Shown here piece after piece: positions 30,295 to 40,196 of a stretch of 64,000 nucleotides of DNA. The notes under the pieces were generated by a model that was not told where the DNA came from, ran no database searches, and was given only the letters and a program-made list of their open reading frames with translations. The DNA is from an uncultured delta proteobacterium (GTDB lineage Bacteria > Desulfobacterota > Syntrophia > Syntrophales > UBA2185): the NCBI GenBank assembly GCA_963729715.1, contig CAVSPA010000006.1, positions 32,001 through 96,000 on the forward strand, in the 5' to 3' direction. The position numbers and the translations under genes are program-made. Position 1 is the stretch's first letter. Every line of letters starts with the position of its first letter.

Positions 30295-30619
30295 CGCAGG
30301 CAGCTTCGGTTCCGTGATTTTCCTCGTGGGATGGGATTGCTCTCGCAGACGGGAATGCACGCATTAAAGAGCCCTCAAAAATTCTTCCAGACGTGCTTTC
30401 TTTGGCCGAACGGCGCGCCCCGTTATGTGTTGAAGTCATATTTTCTTGACATACCGGAACTCCATCCCCTATAATTCTTACACGCAAAAGAAATCCTTTA
30501 ACTAAAGATAAGCAACAAATTGTTAAATCTATTGGGAGGCGTCGTACTCCTTCAAATAAAGAAACGGTGCCGGAGCAGATGCCGCATCTGCTAATTACGT
30601 TTGTTGACCAAGATCTGAT

Positions 30620-31012
30620 ATGAACGGAAAATCCATAATTTTTAGAACGCAGGAAGGGATATTTGACCTCAGCGCCTCAGTTGTAGAAGTGGGTCAGGAT
30701 TTTGTTGTTGTCATTTGGGGTGGGGAAAGACCCCACGTCGGTGCAGTAGCTTTAGCCCAGTCCCGGCCGAGTCTCAAGGACGCTGAGAAGAAAAGCGCCA
30801 CTGCTTCGGTCCTCAGTATCCTTGGACATAAGGAGGACGCTGTCGTCAAATCTATATCGGAACGACTGGCAGCCGTCGCCGATCGTCCCGTGGTGGTCAC
30901 TGCGGGGATGCACTGGGATAACCTGAAAGAATCAGACCTTAATCACATCCTTAAAAATGTGGAAATACTTACTCAGATGATCGAAGCGCATTTGCGAATC
31001 TCACGCTCCTGA
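30620..31012 (+). CDS. LpdD-like prenylated-flavin chaperone
   Basis: GGERPHVGAVA, GHKED and VVVTAGMH motifs; directly upstream of ubiX. Confidence 0.75.
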   Translation: MNGKSIIFRTQEGIFDLSASVVEVGQDFVVVIWGGERPHVGAVALAQSRPSLKDAEKKSATASVLSILGHKEDAVVKSISERLAAVADRPVVVTAGMHWDNLKESDLNHILKNVEILTQMIEAHLRISRS

Positions 31013-31031
31013 GAATGCGGAGATTGGAGGA

Positions 31032-31601
31032 ATGATACCCGTGTCAAAAAGAATGATTATTGCAATTACCGGGGCAAGCGGGGTGATTTACGGAATTCAT
31101 ATGCTGCGCGCCATGCAAGAAACTCCTTACGAAACACACCTGATCATTTCCGAGTCCGGTTGTCGCAATATCGAGATTGAGACCGGCATGAATCCTGACG
31201 AGATAAAACAGATGGCCGATTACACTTACAGCTACACCGACGTCGGGGCCGCTCTGGCCAGCGGGTCGTTTATCACGGAAGGCATGGTGGTGGTTCCGTG
31301 CACCATCAAAACCCTTTCTGGAATTGCAAATTGCTACACTGATAATCTGATTGTCCGCGCCGCGGATGTTACTCTCAAAGAAAAGAGGAAGTTATTGCTC
31401 GTTGTGAGAGAGACCCCGCTTCACATTGGGCATCTAAAGCTGATGACGATGGCTGCCGAAATGGGAGCGCATCTTTTGCCACCTATTCCCTCCTTCTATC
31501 ATCAACCCAAGACCATCGAGGATATCATCAGCCATACGATCGGGAAAATTTTTGACTATTTCCATATTGAACATAATCTGTTCAAACGGTGGGGCAGTTA
31601 G
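31032..31601 (+). CDS. ubiX: Flavin prenyltransferase UbiX
   Basis: ITGASG, ASGS, PCTIKTL, RAADVTLKEKR, RETP and FYHQP. Confidence 0.95.
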   Translation: MIPVSKRMIIAITGASGVIYGIHMLRAMQETPYETHLIISESGCRNIEIETGMNPDEIKQMADYTYSYTDVGAALASGSFITEGMVVVPCTIKTLSGIANCYTDNLIVRAADVTLKEKRKLLLVVRETPLHIGHLKLMTMAAEMGAHLLPPIPSFYHQPKTIEDIISHTIGKIFDYFHIEHNLFKRWGS

Positions 31602-31829
31602 TCTCGGTCAGGTGGCAGTGTTTCCGTTAGGTACCTGTCTTTGCCTCGAGGAAAGATATCGCAGATTCACCCGACGACTACCGCTATCCGTTACATTGAA
31701 AAAGTGGCTTTAAATCCACCGCCAAAGGTGGATTACTCACCATACTCGACAATTCTGCTTTTCGACAAATTTGTACAATGTCCCCCTCACAAACTCAAAA
31801 AAAGAGAGGGTGTTAGCAGGAAGACATAT

Positions 31830-31991
31830 ATTATTGACAATATTATCGATATTATTGATATTTAAATTAATTGAATAAAGTTCAGTAAGTTTTCCCTTGA
31901 CAAGCCTAAAAAGCGGTGATATGCAGGTGTCGAAATACATTATTGACAATATTATCGACATTATCACTGACAATTTTCCTGAATAAAGTTC
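31830..31991 (+). promoter_or_regulatory. Duplicated operator/promoter module upstream of gntR
   Basis: ATTATTGACAATATTATCGA at 31830-31849 and 31939-31958; TGAATAAAGTTC at 31872-31883 and 31980-31991. Confidence 0.7.
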
Positions 31992-32153
31992 CTTGCATCT
32001 ACGGAAGACTTTTCTGAATGCGGACAATCCATTAATATACCAGAGAAAATGTGAAGGAGCATTTTGACCTCCAACAGATGGACAGCCCGCTAAGAACAGC
32101 CTTCTTCAGGAGCATGCGAGGCGTTGAGCGGTTAAGAATTCGGGTACACGATT

Positions 32154-32936
32154 TTGAGTGAAGCCATGACTGTCATAAATTCGGATGATGCCTGCAGGAG
32201 AATGGCCATGGCCATTCTGACGGGTGAGCTGAAACCCCGGGAGCGCCTGGTCGAGTCGGAACTGATCAAAAAATTCAATGTAAAGCGTTTCACCATTCGC
32301 AAAGCCATTCAGGAGCTGGTCCATCTCGGATTCGTCGAGTTCACTCCGAATAAGGGTGCGAGGGTGGCAGACATTACCGATGAAGAGCTGGAGGATCTCT
32401 ACTGCGTGCGGTTGAGTTTGGAGCTACTGGCAGCGGAGCTCCTGATCAAGAAGATTACTCCGGACAAATTGGCCCTTCTCTGGAAGATTCATAAGGAATA
32501 TTCCAGAGCCGTCGAGAGCGGCGTGCTTGAGGACATGGTGATGAAGAATGAGGAGTTCCACCAGGCCATCTATGCGATGACTGAAAACAGGTTTCTCGCA
32601 GACAATCTTGAAAGATTGAAAAACGGCATCTTCGCTCTCCGGTACAACGCCTACGTCTCGCTTGACATACCCCAGGTGAGTATTGCCCAGCACGAAGCCA
32701 TCATCATAGCTCTCGCTGAAGGCGATTTGGAGAAACTCAAAAGGTGTGTGAGAGAAAATATCATTTATCCGAAGATGATTCATGAGGCAAAAAAACCGAA
32801 GCAGCCTTCTGCCGAGGGAGCCAAAGGTTTTGTGGACGGGATGCTGCGGGAGAAGCGGGGAAACAAATGGAAAGACGATCGACGGCCCGGCGCTCGCAGG
32901 CACAAGAAGTACGTAATATGGGACCGCCATCTGTGA
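32154..32936 (+). CDS. GntR family (FCD domain) transcriptional regulator
   Basis: GELKPRERLVESEL wHTH, PNKGARV, NEEFH and QHEAII; start is TTG 32154 or ATG 32166. Confidence 0.9.
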   Translation: MSEAMTVINSDDACRRMAMAILTGELKPRERLVESELIKKFNVKRFTIRKAIQELVHLGFVEFTPNKGARVADITDEELEDLYCVRLSLELLAAELLIKKITPDKLALLWKIHKEYSRAVESGVLEDMVMKNEEFHQAIYAMTENRFLADNLERLKNGIFALRYNAYVSLDIPQVSIAQHEAIIIALAEGDLEKLKRCVRENIIYPKMIHEAKKPKQPSAEGAKGFVDGMLREKRGNKWKDDRRPGARRHKKYVIWDRHL

Positions 32937-33073
32937 TGAGAAAGTTCCGCTAAGGGTTCTTCGGGCCTCTGTCGGCGTCTTCTCATGAGTTGAAGAAAGG
33001 TATGAAAGATTCACATTTCACTATCCGGAAGGGGAAAGTCTGAAGTCACGCATTTAATCTACGGGGTGTATCT

Positions 33074-33946
33074 ATGTTTGTATCGATCTTGATCAACGGG
33101 TTAGTTTCAGGCGCGGTTTATGCCATTCTTGCCATTGGCTTCTCCCTTATTTTCGGCGTTGCGAAGATACTGAACATGGCCCATACCGCCTTTTACATGC
33201 TCACCGCTTTTCTCATACTGGGCGCTATAACATTCCTCGATGTGCCGCTTCCCCTTGCCGCCGTGGCATCCATTATTGTCGCAGGCCTCTTAGGAGTGGT
33301 CTGCTATAAACTGTGTTTTGACAGGATCAAGGTGCATGAAACAGCAGTGATGATTATCTCAGTGGCGATAGCAATGCTGTTTGAGGAAACGTTGCTGTTA
33401 ACATTTGGTGCTCAATACCAGAGAATACCTCCCTTTGTCGAAGGATATTTCGAAATTGGAGGGGTTAGCGTCCTTAATCAACATTTCTTTACGGCTGGAG
33501 CAAGCATTATTACCCTGGTCGGGGTATGGCTATTATTGTCAAAGACAAAACTCGGCAAGGCGATAAGAGCTGTGGACCAGGATCGCGAGATGGCTAACGT
33601 TATGGGAATCAATGTAACCAAGACGAGTATGCAAGTTATGGGTATATCAGTAATCTTGGCAGGCGTAGCGGGTGCAGTAACGGCTCCTACAATTATGATA
33701 AACCCTTTGATGTGGACTAACCCGCTTGTTATCGTGCTGTCCGCAGTTGTGCTTGGCGGGCTCGGAAGCATCAAGGGGAGCGCTATCGCGGCTTTTATCC
33801 TGGGATATGCGGAGACCATGGTAGTTTTTCTCGTTCCTGATGGAAGTTTTTTAAGGGGCGCGGTTTCATTAAGCGTGATGGTATTGGTGCTCTTGGTGAG
33901 ACCTGAGGGCTTATTTGGAGTAGCATTCGAGGAAGAGAGATTATAA
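33074..33946 (+). CDS. LIV/HAAT ABC transporter permease (LivH-like)
   Basis: AIGFSLIFGVAKILNMAH, GKAIRAV and VVLGGLGS. Confidence 0.9.
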   Translation: MFVSILINGLVSGAVYAILAIGFSLIFGVAKILNMAHTAFYMLTAFLILGAITFLDVPLPLAAVASIIVAGLLGVVCYKLCFDRIKVHETAVMIISVAIAMLFEETLLLTFGAQYQRIPPFVEGYFEIGGVSVLNQHFFTAGASIITLVGVWLLLSKTKLGKAIRAVDQDREMANVMGINVTKTSMQVMGISVILAGVAGAVTAPTIMINPLMWTNPLVIVLSAVVLGGLGSIKGSAIAAFILGYAETMVVFLVPDGSFLRGAVSLSVMVLVLLVRPEGLFGVAFEEERL

Positions 33947-33947
33947 A

Positions 33948-35045
33948 GTGATAACACGTATTGTATGGATGTGGATGTGGTTTCGTAAATCCGTCCTGGT
34001 TGTTCCCGGGCGGGCAATCGCGCTGCTTTTTGGCATAACGTTGCTTTTTTTCCCTCTTATCACGGCTGATGAGGAGATATTGCGTATTGTCACATTTGCC
34101 GCAATATTTTCCCTTTACGCCGTGAGCTGGGACACTTTAAGCGGATTTACCGGACAGTTAAGTCTCGGCCACGCACTTTTCTTTGGTGTCGCCGCCTACG
34201 CCAGCGCCTTGCTTGATTTACACTTTGACTTACCCTTGTGGTTGACCATTCCCATCGGAAGCTGCGTCGGGGCTTTGGTGGGGTTGATCGTCGGTCTGCC
34301 GGCTTTGCGTTTGCGTGGCTTGTATTTGGGGCTTGTGACACTTGCTTTTCCGATAATCCTTTCCGGGATCATATTTTTCTTTTCAGACTTCACAGGCGGT
34401 GAGGCCGGTCTTTACGGATTAAGTCGTCTTGCGGAAGACAAAATCAATGCCTACTACATTGTTATGGCAGTGGTGATGTGTTCCATTTTCATTATGTTCA
34501 AATTTACCGATGCAAAAAGCAGGATCCTGAGGACTGGTCTTCTCTTGCGCGCCATTCGGGAAGACGAGATGACCGCGCGTGCCTCGGGGATAGATACGAT
34601 AAAATATAAGCTGCTGGCTTTTGCGATAAGCGGGTTTTTTGCAGGAATTGCCGGAGGCATGTATGCCCACTATATCAGAGTTGCCGGACCCTCCACGCTG
34701 GAGCTTATTTTTTCTATTCAAGTAGTGCTATGGTCAATTTTTGGAGGTATGGGGACGATCTATGGACCCGTTGCCGGAGTCTTCATTTTGTATCCGCTCA
34801 CAGAAATCATCCGGTTTTATCCGTATGGAGAGGAAATACGTTTTATCCTTCTTGCGCTTATCTTAATTCTTTCTCTGCTTTTCATGCCGGAGGGGATTAC
34901 CGTCTGGGTGCGTGATAAAATTGAGACGGAATGTACGAGATGCAAAGTCATGAATGTGGCTACCAGGCGTACCTGCAGGGCATGCCGGGCGCCGATGTTT
35001 CTGACGAAAGATAAAAACACAAATCAAGGAAAGGAAGAAAAATGA
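33948..35045 (+). CDS. LIV/HAAT ABC permease (LivM-like) with C-terminal C4 zinc ribbon
   Basis: GQLSLGHALF, LRLRGLY and AIREDE; tail CTRCKVMNVATRRTCRAC. Confidence 0.88.
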   Translation: MITRIVWMWMWFRKSVLVVPGRAIALLFGITLLFFPLITADEEILRIVTFAAIFSLYAVSWDTLSGFTGQLSLGHALFFGVAAYASALLDLHFDLPLWLTIPIGSCVGALVGLIVGLPALRLRGLYLGLVTLAFPIILSGIIFFFSDFTGGEAGLYGLSRLAEDKINAYYIVMAVVMCSIFIMFKFTDAKSRILRTGLLLRAIREDEMTARASGIDTIKYKLLAFAISGFFAGIAGGMYAHYIRVAGPSTLELIFSIQVVLWSIFGGMGTIYGPVAGVFILYPLTEIIRFYPYGEEIRFILLALILILSLLFMPEGITVWVRDKIETECTRCKVMNVATRRTCRACRAPMFLTKDKNTNQGKEEK

Positions 35046-36751
35046 CTCAGACATCTGTATACTTGACCAGGCCTTGGCTTAGTTCTTATTTGCCTTCGTC
35101 TCCCCACGAGGTTGATGTCCCAAAGATATCAGTGAGCGAAGCTTTTGATGAAGTGACTGAGAAGTGGAAAAATAAAACCGCATTGATGTTTTATGGCAGA
35201 AAAATATCGTACAAAGAACTGAGGGAGAAGGTAGACAGACTGGCAACCGCCCTTGCAGATCTTGGCGTCAAAAAGGGAGACAGGATAGCAATATTATTAC
35301 TCAACTCTCCCGAATACATAATAGCGTCCTACGCGGCGTTCAAGTTAGGGGCCGTCGTAACAGCCATAAGCCCTGTTTATGTTTCGGCTGAGATCAAACA
35401 TCAATTGGAGGATGCGGGAGCAGAGACTATAATTTGTCAGGACATACTTTATGAAGCCGTAGAGAAAACAGGCATCAAATTCAAAAACGTGATTTTAACC
35501 AATATATCCGAATCCCTCCCTAAATTAACAAAATTTGTAGGCAAGACCATCTTGAGCGCCGTATATCAGAAGATGGCAGCGCCTGCCCCGGAAATACTCA
35601 CGAGGGAGGGTTTTCATAAACTTGTGGACTTGATCAAGAAATATCCACCGACCCCGCCAAAGGTTGACATAGGTCCTGAAGATCTCATTACACTCCCATA
35701 TACAGGGGGTACAACAGGGCTACCAAAGGGTGTTATGCTGACGCATGGAAATGTGATGGCCTCCGTTGCGATCTACAAAGCTGCAAATATGTTTCTTGAA
35801 GACGGCAATGAATCCGTCGTCGGTATCATGCCATTTTATCACGCAGGAGGTCAATTTAACGCCGTCTTCTTTTCGATCTTATCCGGGTTTAAGATACTGA
35901 TACTTACAACTCCTGAACCTGATGAATTATTATATACCATTACCAGTCAGAGGCCGAGCCTTCTGATTAGTGCTCCGTCTCTGTATGAAAAGCTCAAGGA
36001 CTATGAAAAGACCGATAGAGTGAACTGGAAAAAATTTAAAATCATTACCAGCGGGGGCGACGCACTCAATGAATATACCGCCAAGGACTGGGAGGCCAAG
36101 ACGGACACGAAACTCCACGAAGTTTACGGCATGACTGAATTCGTATGTTTAAGCCATTGTGTCCCCTTGGGCAAAGTAAAAGTCGGTTCCGTCGGCATCC
36201 CGATGCCCGGTGTTCTGGCCGCCATAGCTGATCAGGATAAGGATGAATTTCTCCCGATCGGCGAATTGGGTGAAATTGTGGTACATGGTCCGCTGGTAAC
36301 TAAAGGGTACTGGAAAAATCCGGATGATACAAAGGCCTGTGAGGCCATTATAGACGGTATACGATGGTGGAGAACCGGGGATCTGTCAAGCATGGACGAA
36401 GAAGGTTACTTTTATATTTATGACAGAAAACGGGATCTCATAAAATACAAAGGCCTGCGGGTGTATGCGCGAGAGGTGGAGGAGGCAATAAAGAGCCATC
36501 CAAAAATTAAGGAGGTGGGGGTCGTGGGGGTGAAGGACATAAAGGTGGGACAAAACGTAAAGGCCTTTGTAGTCCTGGAAAGCGATGCACGCGGTAATTT
36601 GTCCGAAGAGGATATTCGTGAATACTGCAAGGACAAGTTAGCCTCTTACAAGATTCCTAAAATTGTTGAATTTGTCGGCGAAATTCCTAAGACCGATATT
36701 GGGAAAGTATCACGGAGGGACTTAAGGGAGGAGGATGAAGCTCAAAAATGA
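35042..36751 (+). CDS. AMP-forming acyl-CoA ligase
   Basis: YTGGTTGLPKG, YGMTE, RTGD, DRKRDLIK and PKTDIGK. Confidence 0.9.
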   Translation: MTQTSVYLTRPWLSSYLPSSPHEVDVPKISVSEAFDEVTEKWKNKTALMFYGRKISYKELREKVDRLATALADLGVKKGDRIAILLLNSPEYIIASYAAFKLGAVVTAISPVYVSAEIKHQLEDAGAETIICQDILYEAVEKTGIKFKNVILTNISESLPKLTKFVGKTILSAVYQKMAAPAPEILTREGFHKLVDLIKKYPPTPPKVDIGPEDLITLPYTGGTTGLPKGVMLTHGNVMASVAIYKAANMFLEDGNESVVGIMPFYHAGGQFNAVFFSILSGFKILILTTPEPDELLYTITSQRPSLLISAPSLYEKLKDYEKTDRVNWKKFKIITSGGDALNEYTAKDWEAKTDTKLHEVYGMTEFVCLSHCVPLGKVKVGSVGIPMPGVLAAIADQDKDEFLPIGELGEIVVHGPLVTKGYWKNPDDTKACEAIIDGIRWWRTGDLSSMDEEGYFYIYDRKRDLIKYKGLRVYAREVEEAIKSHPKIKEVGVVGVKDIKVGQNVKAFVVLESDARGNLSEEDIREYCKDKLASYKIPKIVEFVGEIPKTDIGKVSRRDLREEDEAQK

Positions 36752-37515
36752 CCGCACCATTCCTTCAGGTTGAAAATTTAACTAAAGACTTTGGCGGGCT
36801 CAGGGCCGTAGAGGACGTAAGTTTCAGCATTGATCGGAACGAGGTCGTCGGTTTGATAGGGCCAAACGGCGCAGGAAAGACAACCTTGATTCGTCTTCTA
36901 ATGAATATACTGAAACCAACCTCCGGCAAGGTAATATTGAAAGGCGAAGACATTACGGGGCAGAAGACTGCAAAGATTGTAAACAAGGGAATGGCATTGA
37001 CTTTCCAGGTAGTAAAGCCATTTCGTCACCTGCCGGTTGCCGCCAATGTTATGGTGGCATGCCTTAGCCCCAAAACGAAGAGGAGGGGAGAGTGGGTAAA
37101 AACAGTTGAGTTGCGAGCGTTGGATGCACTGGAGTTCTGCGGCATTGCCGACCTTGCCCTTGAACCGGCATCGGTTCTATCCCACGGAGACCTGAAGCGC
37201 CTTGAATTAGCGAGGGCAATTGCCACCGAACCAGAACTTCTCCTCCTCGATGAGCCTTTTGGCGGATTGAGTCCGGCGGAAACGACGCTCGTTGCAGGGT
37301 CTTTAAAGCGGCTGCATAAAGGTGGTCGGTTTGGAAGACTCCATAGTGAGGGGCCCGCGATGCTTATCGTCGAGCACAAATTGTCCGAGTTGATGAAGAT
37401 TGTGGACCGGGTAATTGTGATTAATTTCGGAAAGGTAATTGCGATAGACGTCCCAGGTAATATAGTAAAAAATAAAGACGTAATAGAAGCGTATATCGGG
37501 AAGGGGGGCAAGTGA
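36748..37515 (+). CDS. ABC ATPase (LivG-like)
   Basis: GPNGAGKT, LLLLDEP and IVEH. Confidence 0.9.
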   Translation: MTAPFLQVENLTKDFGGLRAVEDVSFSIDRNEVVGLIGPNGAGKTTLIRLLMNILKPTSGKVILKGEDITGQKTAKIVNKGMALTFQVVKPFRHLPVAANVMVACLSPKTKRRGEWVKTVELRALDALEFCGIADLALEPASVLSHGDLKRLELARAIATEPELLLLDEPFGGLSPAETTLVAGSLKRLHKGGRFGRLHSEGPAMLIVEHKLSELMKIVDRVIVINFGKVIAIDVPGNIVKNKDVIEAYIGKGGK

Positions 37516-38264
37516 GCCTGTATCTGGAAGTAAAGAACCTGTCCGTTTTATATGACAGAGCGATTGTTTTAAACGGCTTGAGTTTGCATGTAAACTCAGG
37601 GGAACTGGTTAGCTTGGTAGGTCCAAATGGAGCCGGGAAGAGCACCCTTCTTAATGTCATGTCCGGGCTGATAAAATGGCAGCGTGATACGCTTAAGGGA
37701 ACGGTGAGCGGGAAAATTACCCTAAACGGAAGTGTCAAGTTTGACGGAAATGAGCTAATCAATCTTCCGGCCCACGAAATCGCAAGAAAAGGAGTAATCC
37801 TCTGCCCGGAGAGGGGGAGACCATTTCGAGAAATGACAGTGAAAGAGAACCTGGAAGTGGGCGCCCTTTTTATCGACAAGGAGGTAGCGGATCAAAATCT
37901 TGAGAAAGTCTATGCCCTTTTTCCAGTCTTGAAAAAAAGAGCCTCCCAAATTTCGGGGACACTATCGGGCGGCGAGCGCACAATGTTGTCAATCGGCCGA
38001 TCGTTGATGTCAGAACCCAAAATTCTGTTAATTGACGAACCTTCGGTTGGGCTTGCCCCATTGGTTAAGGATAGTTTATTCGAACGCATCAGAGACGTAC
38101 AGGGCATGGGAGTCACCATCCTCTTGACTGAGCAGGATGTAAGTTTCGCCTTTGATTTGGCTTCCAGAAATTATGTGATTTCCCGGGGAAAGATAATCGC
38201 TGAAGGAACTTCGCAGGAATTGCTTGCTGATGAGCTCATCAGAGAAACTTATTTGGGCCTGTAG
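37512..38264 (+). CDS. ABC ATPase (LivF-like)
   Basis: GPNGAGKS, LSGGE and DEPSVGLAP. Confidence 0.9.
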   Translation: MSLYLEVKNLSVLYDRAIVLNGLSLHVNSGELVSLVGPNGAGKSTLLNVMSGLIKWQRDTLKGTVSGKITLNGSVKFDGNELINLPAHEIARKGVILCPERGRPFREMTVKENLEVGALFIDKEVADQNLEKVYALFPVLKKRASQISGTLSGGERTMLSIGRSLMSEPKILLIDEPSVGLAPLVKDSLFERIRDVQGMGVTILLTEQDVSFAFDLASRNYVISRGKIIAEGTSQELLADELIRETYLGL

Positions 38265-38482
38265 TACGCCGTATGAAATTCCGGCGTGGAGACGGGAGCT
38301 CAGGAGCCGGCGAAAGAGCTTTATCTGGAGGATGCGTTTAGTATAGCGGCTTATAATTTCACATAGAATGAAAAAAAGGAGGTGAAATACCGGCGTGAAA
38401 TGGGACTCACTTTTGGTTCGTATCAAAGGGGAAAGAAATGGATATTCCAAATTGTAGAGAGAAGCTAAGGCAGGAGGAAGCT

Positions 38483-39805
38483 ATGACAAGCAAGCATAAG
38501 AAGACAATGTACGGCATATTGGTGTGTTTCTTGATAATGGCTATGGCCACGATGGCCCATGCTCAAAATACCATCAAGTTTGGGTATATAGGCCCCATGA
38601 AATTCATAATTGGTCAGGAATGTTCTTTAACCGCTGAGATGGCTGTCGAAGACATAAATAAGGCGGGCGGGATCAAGGTTGGTAATACGAAATATAAGGT
38701 AGAGTTGGTCAAGGTGGACAGCAACGAGATTTTGAACATCTCAGATGCCGTAAGCGCAATGGAAAGACTGATTACTGCCGATAAGGTAAATTTTATAGTG
38801 GGGGGATACAGATCAGAAGCGGTGCTCGCCATGCAGGAAGTCATAGGGGACAAAAAAGCCATATGGATTAACTGCTATACGGGGTCCCCGGAGCCGGTTG
38901 CGAGAGTGGCAAAAAACTATGACCGACTGAAGTACTTCTTTAAGATTGCAACACTAAATTCCCAGTACATCGGTGACGTGGTTTTTAACGGGCTCCTTAT
39001 TATACGTGACAAGGTAATAAAGGACTTAGGTATTGCAAAACCTCGCGTAGCCCTCTTGGGAGAAAAGGCATTGTGGGTAGATTACGTGATTAAGGACATG
39101 CAAAAGAGGATTCCTGAGAATGGTATGGAAATAGCCGGTATATGGAGACCTTCTATTACAGCCCAGGACGTCACTGCTGAATTATCCGCTATTAAACAAT
39201 CAGGCGCGCAAATAATCCGTTTCGACGCTTGTGGTCCCATAGGAGCGGTTGTTCCTAAACAGTGGGGTGAGCTCCAGATACCCGCCGCCATGATTGGGTT
39301 TGACTGTGCGTCCATGAATGACCGAAACTGGGCGTCAAGCGGCGGATTGATTAACTATGAGGCGACCTTGGCCCCGTTTGGGAATGCTCACATAACGCCT
39401 AAGACAGTAGCTTATAGCAGAAAACTTAAGAACCGTTACGGGTACAGCCCCTCATACTGCGGCGTATGTTATGACGCTTACAATGTACTAAAAGCAGCCA
39501 TTGAAAGAGCCGGCACCCTTGATAAAGACGCTGTGGTAGCCGCCCTGGAAAAGACTGACTATGTCGGGGCTTCGGGAAGAATCGCGTTTACGCCCAAGGG
39601 CGCAAAGTGGGTTCATGATATAGTATTCGGCCCTGGTTATACAACAACTACCATTGTCCAATGGATAAACGGCAAACCAATGGTCATCTGGCCTGACGGT
39701 AAACCATTTTTGGGCGATAAGAAATGGGTCGGTGTAAAATACGGAGGTACGACGGAATATCAGTTGCCTCCTTGGATGGTAAAATACTGGCAGAGCAAGA
39801 AGTAA
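38483..39805 (+). CDS. LIV-type periplasmic substrate-binding protein
   Basis: Start after AGGAGG; signal peptide ending AHA-Q; INKAGGI and YDA...AIERAGT type I PBP features. Confidence 0.88.
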   Translation: MTSKHKKTMYGILVCFLIMAMATMAHAQNTIKFGYIGPMKFIIGQECSLTAEMAVEDINKAGGIKVGNTKYKVELVKVDSNEILNISDAVSAMERLITADKVNFIVGGYRSEAVLAMQEVIGDKKAIWINCYTGSPEPVARVAKNYDRLKYFFKIATLNSQYIGDVVFNGLLIIRDKVIKDLGIAKPRVALLGEKALWVDYVIKDMQKRIPENGMEIAGIWRPSITAQDVTAELSAIKQSGAQIIRFDACGPIGAVVPKQWGELQIPAAMIGFDCASMNDRNWASSGGLINYEATLAPFGNAHITPKTVAYSRKLKNRYGYSPSYCGVCYDAYNVLKAAIERAGTLDKDAVVAALEKTDYVGASGRIAFTPKGAKWVHDIVFGPGYTTTTIVQWINGKPMVIWPDGKPFLGDKKWVGVKYGGTTEYQLPPWMVKYWQSKK

Positions 39806-40196
39806 GTAAGATAGTCTGTTACTTAGTGAGTTCTTTTTGTCAATCTTTTTACCAGGGAACTATATCTGTCTGTAATACGTTCTCGTAATCTATCGGCTGA
39901 GGGGGCCTGCGATTTTGGAGGCTCCCCTCAACGCTGCAGGTGCAACTTCTTTCCGGGCGGTTGCATTCCGCGGGTCACTAATGCAGGGTTTGGAAGGCGC
40001 GGAGGGTGAAAAAACTGGGCCTTGGGCCGGGCCAGAAGAAATTACATGAGACCATATTGGGTCACGCACAACGATTTGTAGCCCCAATTGGCAACTATGG
40101 AAAGATTGAAATATGAATTCGGTAGCGAGCGCATTCCCCGAAGCTTGCTGCGGAGAGCTTCAATTCATCAATGCAAGATCATCATAAGGAGGAAGC

